Under the pieces are notes generated by a model. That model had not been told where the DNA came from, did no database searches, and worked only from the letters and a program-made list of their open reading frames with translations. Positions 1 to 14,300 of a DNA stretch of 64,000 nucleotides are shown in pieces. The stretch comes from Yuukianura sp. NJ FZ-2021 (Eukaryota). Each line of letters starts with the position of its first letter. Position 1 is the stretch's first letter. A program made the translations under genes and the position numbers. The DNA lies in contig CM102284.1 in NCBI GenBank assembly GCA_046563655.1, forward strand, positions 7,378,001 through 7,442,000, in the 5' to 3' direction.

Positions 1-2391
1 TATATGTTCAAGAATCGTGAGATTTTAGCATTTTTTGAACAGTATAACAGAAATAGCATTTTCCTTTTTCTCAATGTCTTTTTTTAAAAAGACCAAAAAA
101 ATCTCCACTTCTCTTCTGTTGTCTTTGACTTTTCTAATTTTGAAAAGTGGAATGTTAATTTCACCGGGGAGAAAATTACTCGGGTTCGGAGTTTTTTAAA
201 GAAAAATGATAAAAGCGAAACTAATTTAAATATTTTATGGTTGGGAAATAGTTATTTGAAATAGTTTTGCAAGTATTATGGGCACAAAAACGACAAAATT
301 TATTGTTGAGTTCTTTTCTAAAGGAGATGATTTCATTGTAATTTTAGTTTTTCGAAATTTTATTTTCCTACTTGCTACTTTCCTGTTGTCTCTTTTTTCT
401 TTTTTTACAAGAAAACAACGCGGGTGAAAGTGTCCCAAATCTGTTCCACTTTTACTACAGTAGTAGCAGTAAAAACTTTTTTTTGCACTCTTTTTGTGTC
501 TTGCAGTCCAGAAAATCTTGACTTTAGAAAACTTTTCTTTGAAAAATACTTTTTCTTTTTTACTTTTTTTTTGCTTGTAAGTAGTAAGTATAGTAACTGC
601 TGCATCCAGGATGTGGGACTTAAAAAAACGGAGTAAAAAAATTTGTGTATTTCTTTTTACAAATCCCACGTTTTCAAAAAGTTGAATTAAAAAAGTATTT
701 GCAAGAAAGAGAACTTTACTCTAAATTGTTTTGCATGTGGAGATAGTTACTCCCACTTGCTTTTCACAAGAACAGAGCTTTACAAAAGCTTTTGGGTTAA
801 AAATACACGCAAGGTGTGCCAAAAATACACGGCTATGTATTCGTGTATCAATAGAATTTTTAGCAAATCATTTCGGCACTTTTTACAGCGCTACAACAAC
901 TTAAAAGAAACGGAAACGAAAAAACTGGGCTCAAGGTTTGGCGGGCAGAAGCGAAAACTGCTCTGTTTTTTGTTGTAAATCACTTTTTTAGAAACACGAC
1001 GAAGTGATTTTATGACTTGCACTGTCTTAGGTCTGGAAATGCATCATTTCATTCATGTTTTAAGCAAAAAGCTTTGTTCTACTAAAACATGATCTTACTG
1101 TTGTTTTTAGAACAAAGTGGAATAAGACTATTTTCCGGTTGAAGTGAGTAGAGTGAGTTAAAAGTTCAAAGGTCAGAGTGAGTCTAATGAATGCACTTTG
1201 GAGCATAAATAATAGGATTTCCTCTGACGCTGTGTCATTATACGGAAATAATACTTTCCAATTCACTTTTTTTATTCAATTTTTCACTTACTCGCAAATT
1301 AAGTTAAAAGCTTTCAAAAAACGAAAAGAGCGACAAGTGCTTTTAAGGCGTGGGAAAATTCGTAATTGTGTGAAAAATTAGAAGTGTATTTTTCCGAAAA
1401 AAAAAACGAAATGTCAATTTATACTTAACGGTTTCTACATTTAACGAAAAAAAATGTTGTTTTTTTAACCAATTTTTGAAAAATGAGTTTCTGTACTAGG
1501 GAAAAATGGATTGTGAAGGAAGTAAAATTGATGACTTTTGAAAAATTGGAAAAATTGGAACGATTCTTTGGATTCTTTGAAAAAGTGATATTTTCGGTTT
1601 GCAGTTTGCTTTCTGTTCCTTTTGTGGTATATTTCGTTTTGTTTGAATTTTTTTTGAAACAAACATGTACATCATACAAAGATGATTTTTTTTGAATTTT
1701 GAAAAAGTTGAAATTGAGCCTTTTAAGTGGTAACCACTTTTTTGAAACGAAAGAATCCTGTTTCATTTCCTGTTTGAATGTTGAAGCTCATTCCCCTCCT
1801 CTCTCTGAAAATCGTCTTTCAAAATTTGTTCTGAACTTGTGAAAATGACTTACAAAGTCATCTCTCTGCACTACAAATTTTCCAAAGTTGTTTTTTAAGT
1901 AGCAAGTAAAAAAGATGAAGAAGATTCAGTATAATTTAACTGTTAAAGTGTTCCTCCTCGAGGCTAATTTGCTTTCAAATTAGCCCTCTTTATTTAAAAT
2001 CAGTCCCAAAAATCTAAAAATATCTGAGTACTAATAATTGTTCCCTTTGTTTTTGTTTCAGAAGTACAACGGGCCCTCCTTCCCTTGAAGTCCTTTGGAA
2101 CTACTTAATGACATGAAGAGCCTCCTAATGACCAGGCGTTAGCAAACTGTTTTGTTCTTCCAAAGAGTCCTTAGATAAGTGAAAAACTTCGTTTTTGAAG
2201 AAAAAGCTAAAGGGCTTCCGTCTCGAGGACTCATCAAGTGACACACCAGTTGACTTTTGTTCCAAGTCCGTTCTGAGAGTACCCGAACTTTGAACGAAGT
2301 CGAAGTTGGACTTTTTTGAAATCAGACACAAAGTTTCCGTGGCAAGAACCAGAGCAATTCTGGAAATTTTCCTGTTAGCCGCACTGGCTCC

Positions 2392-5300
2392 ATGGGCCGG
2401 AAAAGGAAGACCAGATGGAGACGACTTTCTATGGGTAAGACTCTCCTACTTTCTCTTCTTCCTTTCTTTGAACTTTAATGATCTTGTTCTCAACGGGATT
2501 AAAAAAGTTACACAGAAATTGGACGGAAAGTTAGTTAAAATGTAACGAGGAGGAGGAGGAAGGAAACAAGAGGAACATAATAGGTTTCCAATAACATTTC
2601 ATTTTTTGAGAGACATGAAGTAATTGTACTTTGAATTGAATTTTTTTTTCAAAGAGGAAAGAGAAATAGGGGGAAAATGAAATTATGTCTAAATTTCCAA
2701 TAATATCGATTTACGAGGTTTGTAAAAGTAGTGGATGGATGGATGGATGGAAGTTTAGCTTTTTTTTAAGAAAAAATAATTCTAAGCACACGAGGATATC
2801 AAACTTTCTGAAAGAAACCGTCACTGTATCTGCCGATTTACAAAAAAAAAAATGTGCCGAATTATGAAAAATTTTTACTCAAGTGGCACTTTCGGCGTAC
2901 CAAATGACCTGAGCGGGGCTTACGGTAAACTCTGCGGTCATTTACATTTTTAAGTTTGTATGTGAGCAATCACAATCAGTACCAAACAATCGGCGAATCG
3001 GCCATCAGCGTCAAAATGCTTAAAATAGTTGTATTTTGAATGCAAAAATTCAAGTGTGCAATTTATCAACGAATTACGCAATTTGCAATTTTTGGTGAAT
3101 ATTTCAAATTTTCAGTCACGTTTTAAAGGTTTAGCAATTCATTGACGTAATTTCAAATTTTTCAACTTTTGTATTTCAAATTTTCCGTATTCGCTCACTC
3201 TGAGTTGGACAGAGATTGATAGATGTGAATGTAGGAAACTAGTTTTCTCCTAATTTGTTTTTAATTTTAACGAGGAGAAAGTAGTTTTTGCTCGAAATTT
3301 TAAACTTTTGTGTCCAAATCGATCTTTTTAGGCTGCGGCGCTAGTTTTTTGGTACAAGGTTCGTAGTTGTATAGAAGCTGATGAAACAATTAGGTAAGTT
3401 TTGTGAGGTGTTGGATAATATCTTTAGGCTGTTCCCAGCATGTAATCACTCATTCTTTTCTGGATGTCAAGACAAGGAAGACAGGGAGAGACGGGAACCT
3501 TTTGTTTAGCTCCTGATTTATTAATAATTCCAGCTCCCCTTCACAACGTTTCTACTCAAACTGACTCGTTCCGCCAAAATACAAAAACTGCTAAAAGTGC
3601 TAGACGCTAGAAGTTCTATTTTGAACAAAACGCTAAGCAGTACGCAGGTTTTGTTGTGCTTGTTCTATCCCTAGCAAGTACAGTAGAATCCAAATATTGA
3701 CTCTAGATTTCCTGATTAGGGTTCTTAATGGACGGACTGTTATTTCTAAATGTCTATTATGTCGCTCTGTCTTCCGAACGTTCCAGGTTCTAAAGTTGAA
3801 AAGAAACCGAGAAAATGTAGAAAGCCTCCCAGCCTTTTCATTTCCTTTTTGTTCTCTTCTAGAATCTTAGACAACAAACAGTTCTTTTCATTCACTTCTC
3901 TTAAACTTAAAGGAGAAAAGTAGAACTAGACCAAATTGAAAATGAAGCAGAAGGAAATGCTTTCAGCACTAACTAAAAACTTTCTCCTTCTTTTTGTTTC
4001 ATTGTCGATCCTGTTTTTTGTTAAGGGTTAGTTGTGGAAAGCACCAATTTTAAAAAGAAAGTTTCCAATCAATAGGGAAAAGGGAAAGTTTTTTTTTTTT
4101 CAAAAATGGGAGGAGAAAGGTACGAAATTTTGTTTATTTATTTATAGTAAGCATTAACGCATGTCATCCTTCGTTTCTTGGACTTAACTTGTCACTTTTG
4201 GGTGAACGTGTGATAAGCCATGTGTTGTAAGTAAAGTGGCTTTCGAAAGTTTAGGTGTCAGATTCTGTGGACAGGTTCTGGGCGGAGAAAAGCGGGAAAG
4301 TGTCATGTTTGAAGAAAGTAAATAATTAGTATTGACTTTACACGCTATGAGATCATAAAGCTTGATAAGGCTTCTCAAAGTTACTAAATTTACGTTCAAA
4401 GAGATTCGAAATTTTGAAAGTTTTGAAAGCTCGGGTGAAAATTCAACATAGAATTTGAGTATTGAGTTGAATCTGAATCAAACAATTTTTTCTTTAAACT
4501 TTCTAAGGTTAAAAGTTCAATAATAGATTCACAATTTATAAACCGCAGTAAAAGCCTCATGTTAAACTGAGTTTTTAACTTTTTCGTTTAGAGTTACGAA
4601 TTTCTTATAAAATTATTTATGGCGTTAAAGTTTACATTTTGCAACTCCTTACTTTTGTATTCAAATTGATAAAAAAAAACATTTTTCATTTTTTGAACAC
4701 GAGAAAGGAATGGTTGAGTGTGTGTTTTTGAAATTTTTTGATGTCTTATAAAGCAGTGGAGTTGTCGTGTTAAATTATGAATGTTAGGATTTGGATTAAT
4801 AAAGTATGAGGGGGTGAGGGAAAACGGAGCATTAATTACAGAAACAACTGGAATTGGACTTGATTTATTCCGGAGTCTAACGCACTAGAAACAATTGCTC
4901 AATAGTGACAAAAAATGGTGGTTGTTTCGTTAGCGTGTTGTAGCGTACTTGACAATTTTCGTAGTTGTTCAAGGCCTAAGTTTTGTCTAGCGTCTGTTCA
5001 AGTACCGTTAAACTCCCTACTGCTCTCTCCATACTATGTAGTTGTAGTTTTGTAGAAGTTGGCTTGAATTTTGAAGTGGGCAATTTAACCCATTTATTAC
5101 TATCACAAGCATAAACTATTGCCAAAATCTAATTCCAAAGTCCTTCAAATTCTAATTCAAATATTTGAAAAGACTTGGACAAATTGTAGCTTTGAGTCTT
5201 CAAACTCAAACTCAGTCATCCAGACACTTTTTTCTAATCATTAATGCAGTTTGGAAAGTGATGAAACTACGTAAAGTTTACTAAAGTTTGCTCAACTCAA

Positions 5301-8300
5301 TTGATAAAACGAACTGTACCAAATTGTTGTCAACATCAATGTTGCAGAGGCTCTTCAAATCCAAAAATGAACAAGGTTTATAACCCTTTGTACACAAAAA
5401 TGAAAGTTTCGTGAAAAAATGGTTTCGAAAGTTAGTAAGTTTCGAAAGCTAGACGTCTAGAATTTTGAGCAACCTATGCTCTACCTAAGTTATTTGTCGG
5501 AGTTGTTGATTTTCCTTATCGTAAGTGTACAGTTAAGTTTGTAGAGGCTAGTAAAGTAGGAGTCGATAGTTCTTGCTTTTTCAGAGGTCACTTGGTGCAT
5601 AAGTTCTGTTTTTAGGCTTTCCTCGTCTTTTTCGTTTTTTAGGCTTTCTTGTTGTCGATCAATTTGAAATGTCAATATGGGTTTCCCTTCCTTGTCGGTT
5701 TTTCTAATTTATTCCCTTGGGGATTTTACGAACGAGACGTCGTCGTCGTCACCTGAAACGGCACATTTTTAATGATGCTATCGACATAACCATGGTAACG
5801 GCAAATGAGCCTACAATTCACAACAGTTCTACGGGTCTTGTAGAACGAAATGATGGCGACATGGACGCGCGGGAAAAATGTTTCGTTTGAATTGATTTTG
5901 TGATTTTGAAAGATAACGCTGGAGCTGAAAATGTTTTTGAAACATGATCAAAGTCCAAAAAGGAAATTGTAACGCTGCGCTGGTCAAAGGGGAAATCGTC
6001 TAAAAGTCAGTTTAATTATCTCCTTCGTGTCTTGATTTATCTGAAAGTTGAGAGTTAGCCGATGAAGAGTTCATTCATGAGAAACCATTGGGTCGTTAGG
6101 TTTTTAGAAACTGGAGAGGTCAGAGGTCATCTTATGCGACTTCCTAATGGGATTTTGGTAGAGTAAAAAATTATGTTAAGAGGACTGAGGAGCCATGCTG
6201 AGCCTTCTTCCTGTGCTGCCAGTGACACCATAGGGTTCCAATTTCTAAGTGATGAAGAAGCCATTATGAGGGGGATTGATTCTGGTTTTTAAGCAATCTC
6301 TTATGGATTTAGTCTTTCGGAAGATTTTGAATCTGAGGATGTTGCAATTCTGAGTTTTTTATGTTATGGAGGAAGGAGATGATGGAGGGAAGATAAACTT
6401 ACTAACCTCGTCTCCATTTTCAATTCAATGTCAAGATTTAGTTTTTACAATTGCTGTTAGGTTTCAAATCCTTTTGGAGCAGGGGAGGATATGGTTTTGG
6501 TATGGGGAAAGAATTGCCGCCGCGTGAGAGATGCGTATCAATGGAAATTGGAGGCTGTGGAAAGTTTGGTTTTTGGAAATTCTCGTTTATCCTTCAACGG
6601 CAATTTCAACAACGACAAAATGTGATTGGATTTTGAAATGTCGTTTAAAGGATATTTGGAACGTGAAGTTCAAAAGGTCACAAAGTGTGACTCACAGTTT
6701 GGTGGAAAACCAAAAAGTTTTGAGTTTCAGAATTTTAACAATTTCGAAAAATAGTCTCAACCTGCCAATGCCGGGTGAAAGTTTAAATTTAATCGCAATT
6801 ACGTAAAGTTAATCATAATCAAGGTTAATAAAACTTTCCCATTTCGAAAAATGTTTTACTTTTATCGGTTTTTGGTATTAATTAGGGTTTGAGCAAATTC
6901 AAAGAAACATCTTCTGGATGACACGTACCTAGTAGCTAAAGTACAAGTCAAATTAGCTTAAAAACTTACTTTTTAAGAAATGATGTTCAAATTTTGCTTC
7001 TGAATTTTGAAAGAACAAAACGCAGCGCCGTGTTCATGATCTTTTGTTTTCCCAGGGGATTTCTTTAGTGCTCTTCCAATTCCCATTGAATTTTTGTGTT
7101 CAAACAAGAACCACTCATGTGCCGTCGCTTTTGTTTTTTATTCGAAATGAAATTCTCATAAAATCGTTTCATTTTTTATTCCGAATCTTTTAAATGCGGA
7201 ATAAGGTCAAAACTTGGTTTTTCTTACTTTTTTTTTCTTGATAAGTAAAATAAGATTTTAGTGATTGGCATTAACATTTTGAATGTTGAATTGTGACAGG
7301 AGGCGGTTCGTGGTTAGCTTTTAGTTTTAGTCCCTTTGCGTGTTGTTCCCTTGCTACTTTTCATGCTAAAGTGAAAGTCCATTGCGTAATGAGGCTTTTT
7401 GTTTCTGCATGGATCAGGTTCTGGACAGGGGAGGAGAGATGTATAAAGAATTGGAGTTATTGGACATTGATCAATTGGAATATTTTTTTTATTCTGGGAG
7501 AATCGAGTGATATGTAAGAGAAGGAGAAAGTTAAGGCGTAGTACATACAGCATTGGACTACAACTAGAGTGAAAAAATAGTATTGATTTCTAGTACGCTT
7601 GCTCTCTGTGGAATGTTGGTGGAAGTTGTGGAGGTTTTGCTGGAGAAAGTAGGATGACTTCTGGAAAGAGAAAGCAGGAGAAAAGGAGACTCTGGGGAAT
7701 TGGGGATTTATGGACAGGGGAAAGGTTAGTGGAATCCGATTATTCTCACAAAGGGATGGACGATGAGGGAAATGAATAGGAAAAAAATGAAATTTTATCC
7801 AGAAACGAAATTTCGAAAAAGAGCAATTAGCGGTAACTTCGTTTTTTGGATAAAGGGGAAACCGGAAGTGAAAGTTATTCAATTTGAAACTGATAATTGT
7901 TTTTTCTATCTTGCTTCGGCAATTTCCTTTGAATTTTTAATTTTTGTTAGTTTTTTTTTGGGAATTTTAGAAAAAGAAAAGGTGGAATATGAAATTATGA
8001 ATTCGATTGTGGGCGTTTACTAGAAGTTTTGCGGTATTTTAACTTTTGTGAAAAACATGAGAGATTGTGAAAGGTTTCTGTTGTGGTGGTGGTTTTTTTA
8101 TGTTTTCGGTTTGAGTTTTTGATATTTTTGTGAACTTTTCAAAAATGCTTCCCATGAGATTTGTTTGTGTGCGTCTTAGAATTTTTTCGGAGGTTACATA
8201 AGCTTATTGACTTTGAGGTGATTTATTATTAAGAATCGAAAGTTTCCGTGTCTAGCAGACAAGAAAAAAAGCGAAGTGTCAGAAACAGTTTTCGAAAATT

Positions 8301-11300
8301 CTATTATTCCATTAGTATCCCAAAACGTAGTAATGGTTTTAAGGAGGGAAGGGTTTTACATTTTCGGCTTTGTCTGAAGAATTTTTTATTTTTATCATGC
8401 TAAAGCGAAGGCAAGCAGCATGCAACTTAACATTTTCTCCCAATTCGGTGCAAAGGCGGAGGAAAAAAACCGGGTTGTCGGTTGTTCTCTCTCCGCCGGA
8501 AAAGTAAATGATAAATGAATGATAATGAGAATTTTTTCGGAATCCCATTATGCCTTCCTCCCATCATCACCACTTCACAATTTCAAAGTTCACGAAGATG
8601 CGGAGCAAAGATTTCATGAAAAAAAAAGTCTAAGCGTCTAGCATTTCTAGAAGTGTCTAGAAATTGTTAGTCGAAAAAACTCTGAGCGGAAGGAAGATGA
8701 TTTCGGCTTGAGTTGTAATCTGCTTGATGACTTTTTGTGGTTGAGCAGAATGCGAAAGGAAGCGCGGGTTATATGAAAATTCCTTCATCTTCTGTCGGTT
8801 GACTTGAGGAAGACATTGTCTTTCTGTGCTCTTTAGGTTTGTTTTTGTCCAATTGTTTCTTAGGTAAGAACTTAAGGATAAGGCGGGAGGAGCAGGATTT
8901 TGAAAATCTAATTTTAGACAAATTTGGGTGGCTTTAGAACCCGGGCATTCTAGCCCCCCTCCCGCCTTTATTAGTTAAGGGCTCTGCAGTTTTCACTGGT
9001 CCCTGTCTCAAATAAATCACGGAAGTCTATTTCGAGGAATGCAATTTTAGCACAGGGGGAAGTGTGCAGGAACCTTAACGCGACGACACAGGAAGTATGT
9101 CTCATTAATCCATTTGCACTTTAGAGAATCAAACAGATGACTTTCAAACAAAAGGCCAATTCAAAAATTGTTTCAACAAATTTAGTTGTGATCTTGAGTT
9201 TTTTTTTTCGATCTGTTTTTAATTTCGGATGGCAAAATTCCATTATTATAGAATTACTTCGTGTTTTTTAATTTCTAAGTAATTTCAATTTCACAAAATT
9301 AAGCTTAGGTTAAGATTCTAAGCGTTTCTGGGTAATATTTTTGCAGTATGTAAATTAGTTGGTTTTCATTTTTATGGAAAATTTCGCGTGTGAATTGAAT
9401 AATTAATGTAATTTTTTCCGTTTCTTGTGAAATATTGTTTGGATTTCGCGCCGCTTACTCAATTTTAGTCTGAATCATAGTTTAACTTTCAAATTCAATT
9501 TGAAAGTTCGGAAGAAATGGTGAATCGAATTCAAAATTCATGAACAAATCCAATTCAAATTAATTTCAATTTCAAGACTTCAAATTATTTCATTTTTTTT
9601 TAAATTATAAGTTGTATTTACACTCTTCCGCAGCAGTTGGCCTAATTTTGAATTTTATGATTCAGAAAATCTAAAATTTTAATTCTGGTCACAATTTAGT
9701 TTGAATGTTCAGCTTATGCCACATGTGCATTTCGTAATCAAAATTTTTACGTGTACGGTTGAGTTACTTCCAAAATTGAAAAAAATATGTTAGGTCGTGT
9801 TATCCTAACCATTTTCTAAAATTGGTAAAAACGCACGTAACGGATCCAATCAATCAGTTTTAGAGACCAAAAGTGAAAGTATAAGTGACATCGCATGATA
9901 ACAGTTTTTGGAAGAGGGTAGGTTAACCTTATTTCTTATGAAAAGTTTCAATTACTTTGTGGTCCGATGAGACCTTTAGCGGCGAATTGGGACCAATAGA
10001 CATGAAACAGTAATGAAATCACAAGACTATCCTATTTTTCTTTACTGAAAACGTATGGAGTTCTCCAGAACAGCGTAATATTGGTCATCCTTGGCAATTA
10101 TCCATTGGATTTGGATTAGGATTAGACAAAGACATTGAAGTACTTTAGGTTATTAGAAGAGCGTGTAGCGTGTAGTTCCTGCGTTGCGTTCTTCCTTGTC
10201 ATTGGTAAGGCCAAATGTCGCAATTGTTCTTTGTCTAATCCCTTCCAGAAGGCTCTTCTGTCACTGGAGATTAGTAAGGTCGCCATTCCCAGTAGCACTG
10301 GAAGCTCCAAAAGACCAAACCGATCTCAACTTACTACAAAATATTGGCTATGTTGGTCCCAAACCTCATTTTTTCAATTCCACATGGCACGGATTAAATT
10401 GATTCATTTTTGGAAAGCATCTGTGGATAACAATGAAATTTGGAATTATTATTATAACTCATACGGTATATTTGGCGGGTTGAAGTAAGCCAAGGTCGAG
10501 TAGGTTGTACCCATGAATGAGCGTTTCAGCGTTGCGCTGTTGTGTTTTTGTCAGGGGGTGGGTACAAGTAGTTAAGGGGGCGTACTTCAAGCGAACAGTT
10601 TGCCAAAAGTGGTGGAAATTAAATGGTGGGAACGTCCGTGGAGTTGATTGTTTACGTCAATAACATTGACGAAAAGTGAAACGTCTGTTTTTGGCAAACA
10701 TTTCTGCAGGGGGAGGAGGGATTGGGAAAATTTTAGCCCAAATTGCTAAAAAGTGGCGAAATTGCTTTGGATTTTGGATAACAATCTTAATTTTTTGCTA
10801 ATTGTTTGTGTTTTTTGGGTTGTTTTGCAGGAGGGAATTCTGGAAACGAAGAGGAGGAAGCCGAAAGAGAAAGTGAAAGTTTGGGGTTCTCGAAAATGAA
10901 TCCGCCGTCGATTCGTGTTCGTAGTGGCTCTCAGCCGGCCATTGTCAATTCGTTCTCTTCCTCGTCAGGTCCCTTTGAACACTCACCCAGTTCACTTCCG
11001 GCCATGAACGGCGGAGGGAGTGGAAAGTACAGTAGTGGTGGGGGTGGTGGGGCAAGTGCTGGTCATTCACCCCCTGACCACAAGTCTCCGAGTGACGACA
11101 GTGGCAACCATGCCCCGAATCCCAAAGTCAATGGCTACTCTCACTCTTCTTCCCAAAATCATCACCAACATCACGATAGCTCCAGTCACAATGGGCATCG
11201 TGGCGACCATCATGGCAGTGGAGGTCATGGAGGTCACTATGGCTACAACAACGGTGGCTACAAGGAGTCCCGTGGAGACGGAGGTGGTGGCTACCACTCG

Positions 11301-14300
11301 AACGGAGGTTCTGGTTACTACCCTTCGAGCAACTACTACCATCACCGGAATGGATACAACTCTGGTGGTGGGTCGTGGCGGGGGAACGAAGGTGGTGGTG
11401 GCTACCGTGGTCGCGGAAGTGGAGACTACCATGGTACATCACGTTTTGGTGGACGGTTCCGGAAACCAAGATCTTACGCTTCAAACTACTATTACAATAA
11501 TGGCCCGTCGAGTTCCGGAGGAGGTGGTGACGAAGGGAACACCAATAGGCCTTCATACAATCAAGGTAACTGACTTTCTTTTTTTATCCTGTACATCATT
11601 CGACACATTTTCGGTTCTACACAAGTGGACCGGACACGTCAAAGATTGAAGTGACATAGTATTGTTCCGGGCCGTTAAGAAATGTTTTCGGAAATGCTCG
11701 ATAACGATTCGGTTCCTCTAGTTGAAACTCCGTTTTCGATGCATTTTCTAGTTTTCAAACAGATTTCGGCTCCTGTTAGTTGAACGGGATTTGCCGAAAG
11801 TTTTATGAAATTTTTCCTACATTTTCGAAAAAACGGTTGCGAAACTTTGCTCGATCATTTCATTTAATAATTTTCAATTTACGTTTTTTAGACTTAAAAA
11901 ACTATATTTAGGTTCACGTTCAATTGAACTGTTCTTGTGGCGGGAAGTTTCAAATTAAGAAAATGAGAAAATGGAAGTCCATTTATTGCGGATGTGAATG
12001 GAACTGTGTGAATTTCATTTGAAACTTTTATAACTTTCCAGGAAATGGTTTAAACTTTTTCCAAAATTGATTTTAAATTGAACATAATGGAAAAATCATT
12101 TTTAAACAGTTCTCAAGGAACAGGAAACTCAACTTTTACAAATTGATGTAAAACCTCCCGTCATTTCTTGTATTTCAAAAGGTCGAAGGTCACATGAACC
12201 CACCTCAGTAAAGTACACAGTTTCCAGTCCTTGTTCTACTTTTGAAACTCAATTAGAGAGTTCAAAAGGCGCTTTTAAGTCTGTAAAATAACAGTTTAAT
12301 TTAGCATAAGAAAAGAGGAAGGACGAATTGAAAAGTATGAACTTATTAGATGCTCAAACAGTGTGAAAATATTTAAATTGTAAGAAAACAAAGCAGCGAC
12401 GAGCTGGAAGCGAAAGTAGAAGTTTGACGTTTGACTGGTTCCTGCTGGCGTGTAAAATTTTCACACCTTACAGAATCCAACAAAAAGTGGGGTGTTTTAG
12501 GTCTTATTGGATTCGTGTTTCTTTAAGTGTTGAAATGAGGAGCTACAAATTGTAAAGTGGGATGTAAAACAATATGAAATTTTGACATGGCAGGAAATGT
12601 TTTTGAAGTAGAAGAAAAGTTTTTTGAAAAGTTGCATTCTTGGGGTTTGCGTTAAAGTTGGTTCGACTGATTTTCAACTGAGGTCACGTTCTCGTTCCGT
12701 TTTTAACAAAAGAAAATTGACGTGTCAAAAAGAAATGGAGGGTATTCGGCAGACGCTGGCGAATGTTTGGCAAAAATTTAGACCGCGTAAACGTAGAACA
12801 TTAAATGGTCGAATTTTTATGCGAATTTCTATAGGGAAAGAAATACTTGGAAATGAAAAAACGAGTAACCTCAAACCTAAAAATCGGCAAAACTACTAAT
12901 AACTTTTTGGACCATAATTTGATTTTGTTGTCATCAAAAGTTATTAATTTCACGATTAAATCTAACTTTAATTACAAAACTGAGCAATATTCCTCAGAGT
13001 ATAATTGGACGAAACAAATTTTGGATTTTTATGGAGGGGTTTTTTATGTCAAAAAAATTATTTCTAAGGTTTAATTGCCCAAAAAATGAGAATTTGATTC
13101 TATCAAACTTTACTAAAATTAGGGTTTGCCCTTTTGCAGTGAAAACCATTCGACTTTTGCGGAAAAACTACAGTTTTGTTAAACTCATTGATACCAATTA
13201 GAACCTTGAAATAATGACGATGTTTTCATTTTTTGTTGTTGTAGAAGAGTATACGAAGATTACTACGCCGCGTCAAGACGTTTTATTCAAGAAAGGCTAC
13301 TTGTCACAACGAAAAACCGTCACTCAAGCATCTTCAGTAGACAGTACGTCGAGCCCTACGACGCCTTCCAATGGCACTCCTGACACCCATTCTACTAATG
13401 GGCTCAATTCCGGTAAGAATTGCAAAATTCTTCTAAAAACTCTATTCAAAAACTGCTCCTGTGCAGGAGTAGCGTTTTGCAACTTGAAGTACCCCCTTAA
13501 TGTCCCCTTCCCCATAAGTACAGGATGCTCTGGGTATTTGATGGGTTGTGGGTAGCAGTGAGTTGGTTGGAAAGTGTTTCTAATGAATTATTGTCATGCA
13601 AGACTCTTGGTTGGAAAACGTTAGGAGATGACAGGTTTCTCGTCTCCAGTCACCCAAGTGACATTTATGTTCTGACACTAATTTCTAAAAGTATTCTTCC
13701 TACCACCTTATTAGTTTTAGTATTGTTCACATGCAAACGGCTTTTCACACGCAAACCAATTCTGATAGCTTAGTAAGTCCTGGATTCGTAATTTTTTGAA
13801 AATTGCCGGCTGAAATTGAAACGCGGGAGAAAGTTGGTGAAAGTTTTTTGCGAACGTAGGAAACAAACTCGCCGATTCCGGAAATTAGTAGTGTGAAAAC
13901 GCAATTCGGCAAAAACGGGATAGTTTTATGGAAACAGAAGTTCGAAAATGATTTTTGATATGGAGTTGGCGGGAAAAATTGAGTTTATTTTTGCTGCTTA
14001 TTTGATAACTCAAAACTGGAGCATTTGAAATCCCAGGTTTTCAAAATTTTGATTATAATTTTTCAAAGTTTAGAATGTTAGCCCGTTGTAGCCATCCTGG
14101 TAACATTTGCCATTGTTGTAGCTATCTTCGCTCCTGCTGATTTGGCTGTATCCAAAGCGGCTTTCACCGCCTCTCCAATTTTAGCATCAATTTTTTCGGC
14201 CTACAAAATTAATTTTTTTGGAACAAGAAATAACGAAATTTTTAATTTGTTGTTTCTTTTTTTAAATGTTACCTCTACTTGAATATCGACGACTGCAGCA

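Noticed and set aside
235-1766. Several 60-144 aa ORFs at the window start
   Set aside because: K/F-rich translations of A/T runs with no splice support or recognisable motifs.
5490-5752. Possible nested minus-strand gene in intron 1
   Set aside because: An acceptor-like site at about 5753 leads quickly to stops in all three frames; no coherent start or exon chain was found.
11020-11649. 209-aa alternative-frame ORF and antisense ORFs over exon 2
   Set aside because: Shadows of the Gly/His/Tyr codon repeats of the real exon, which is fixed by splice phase.
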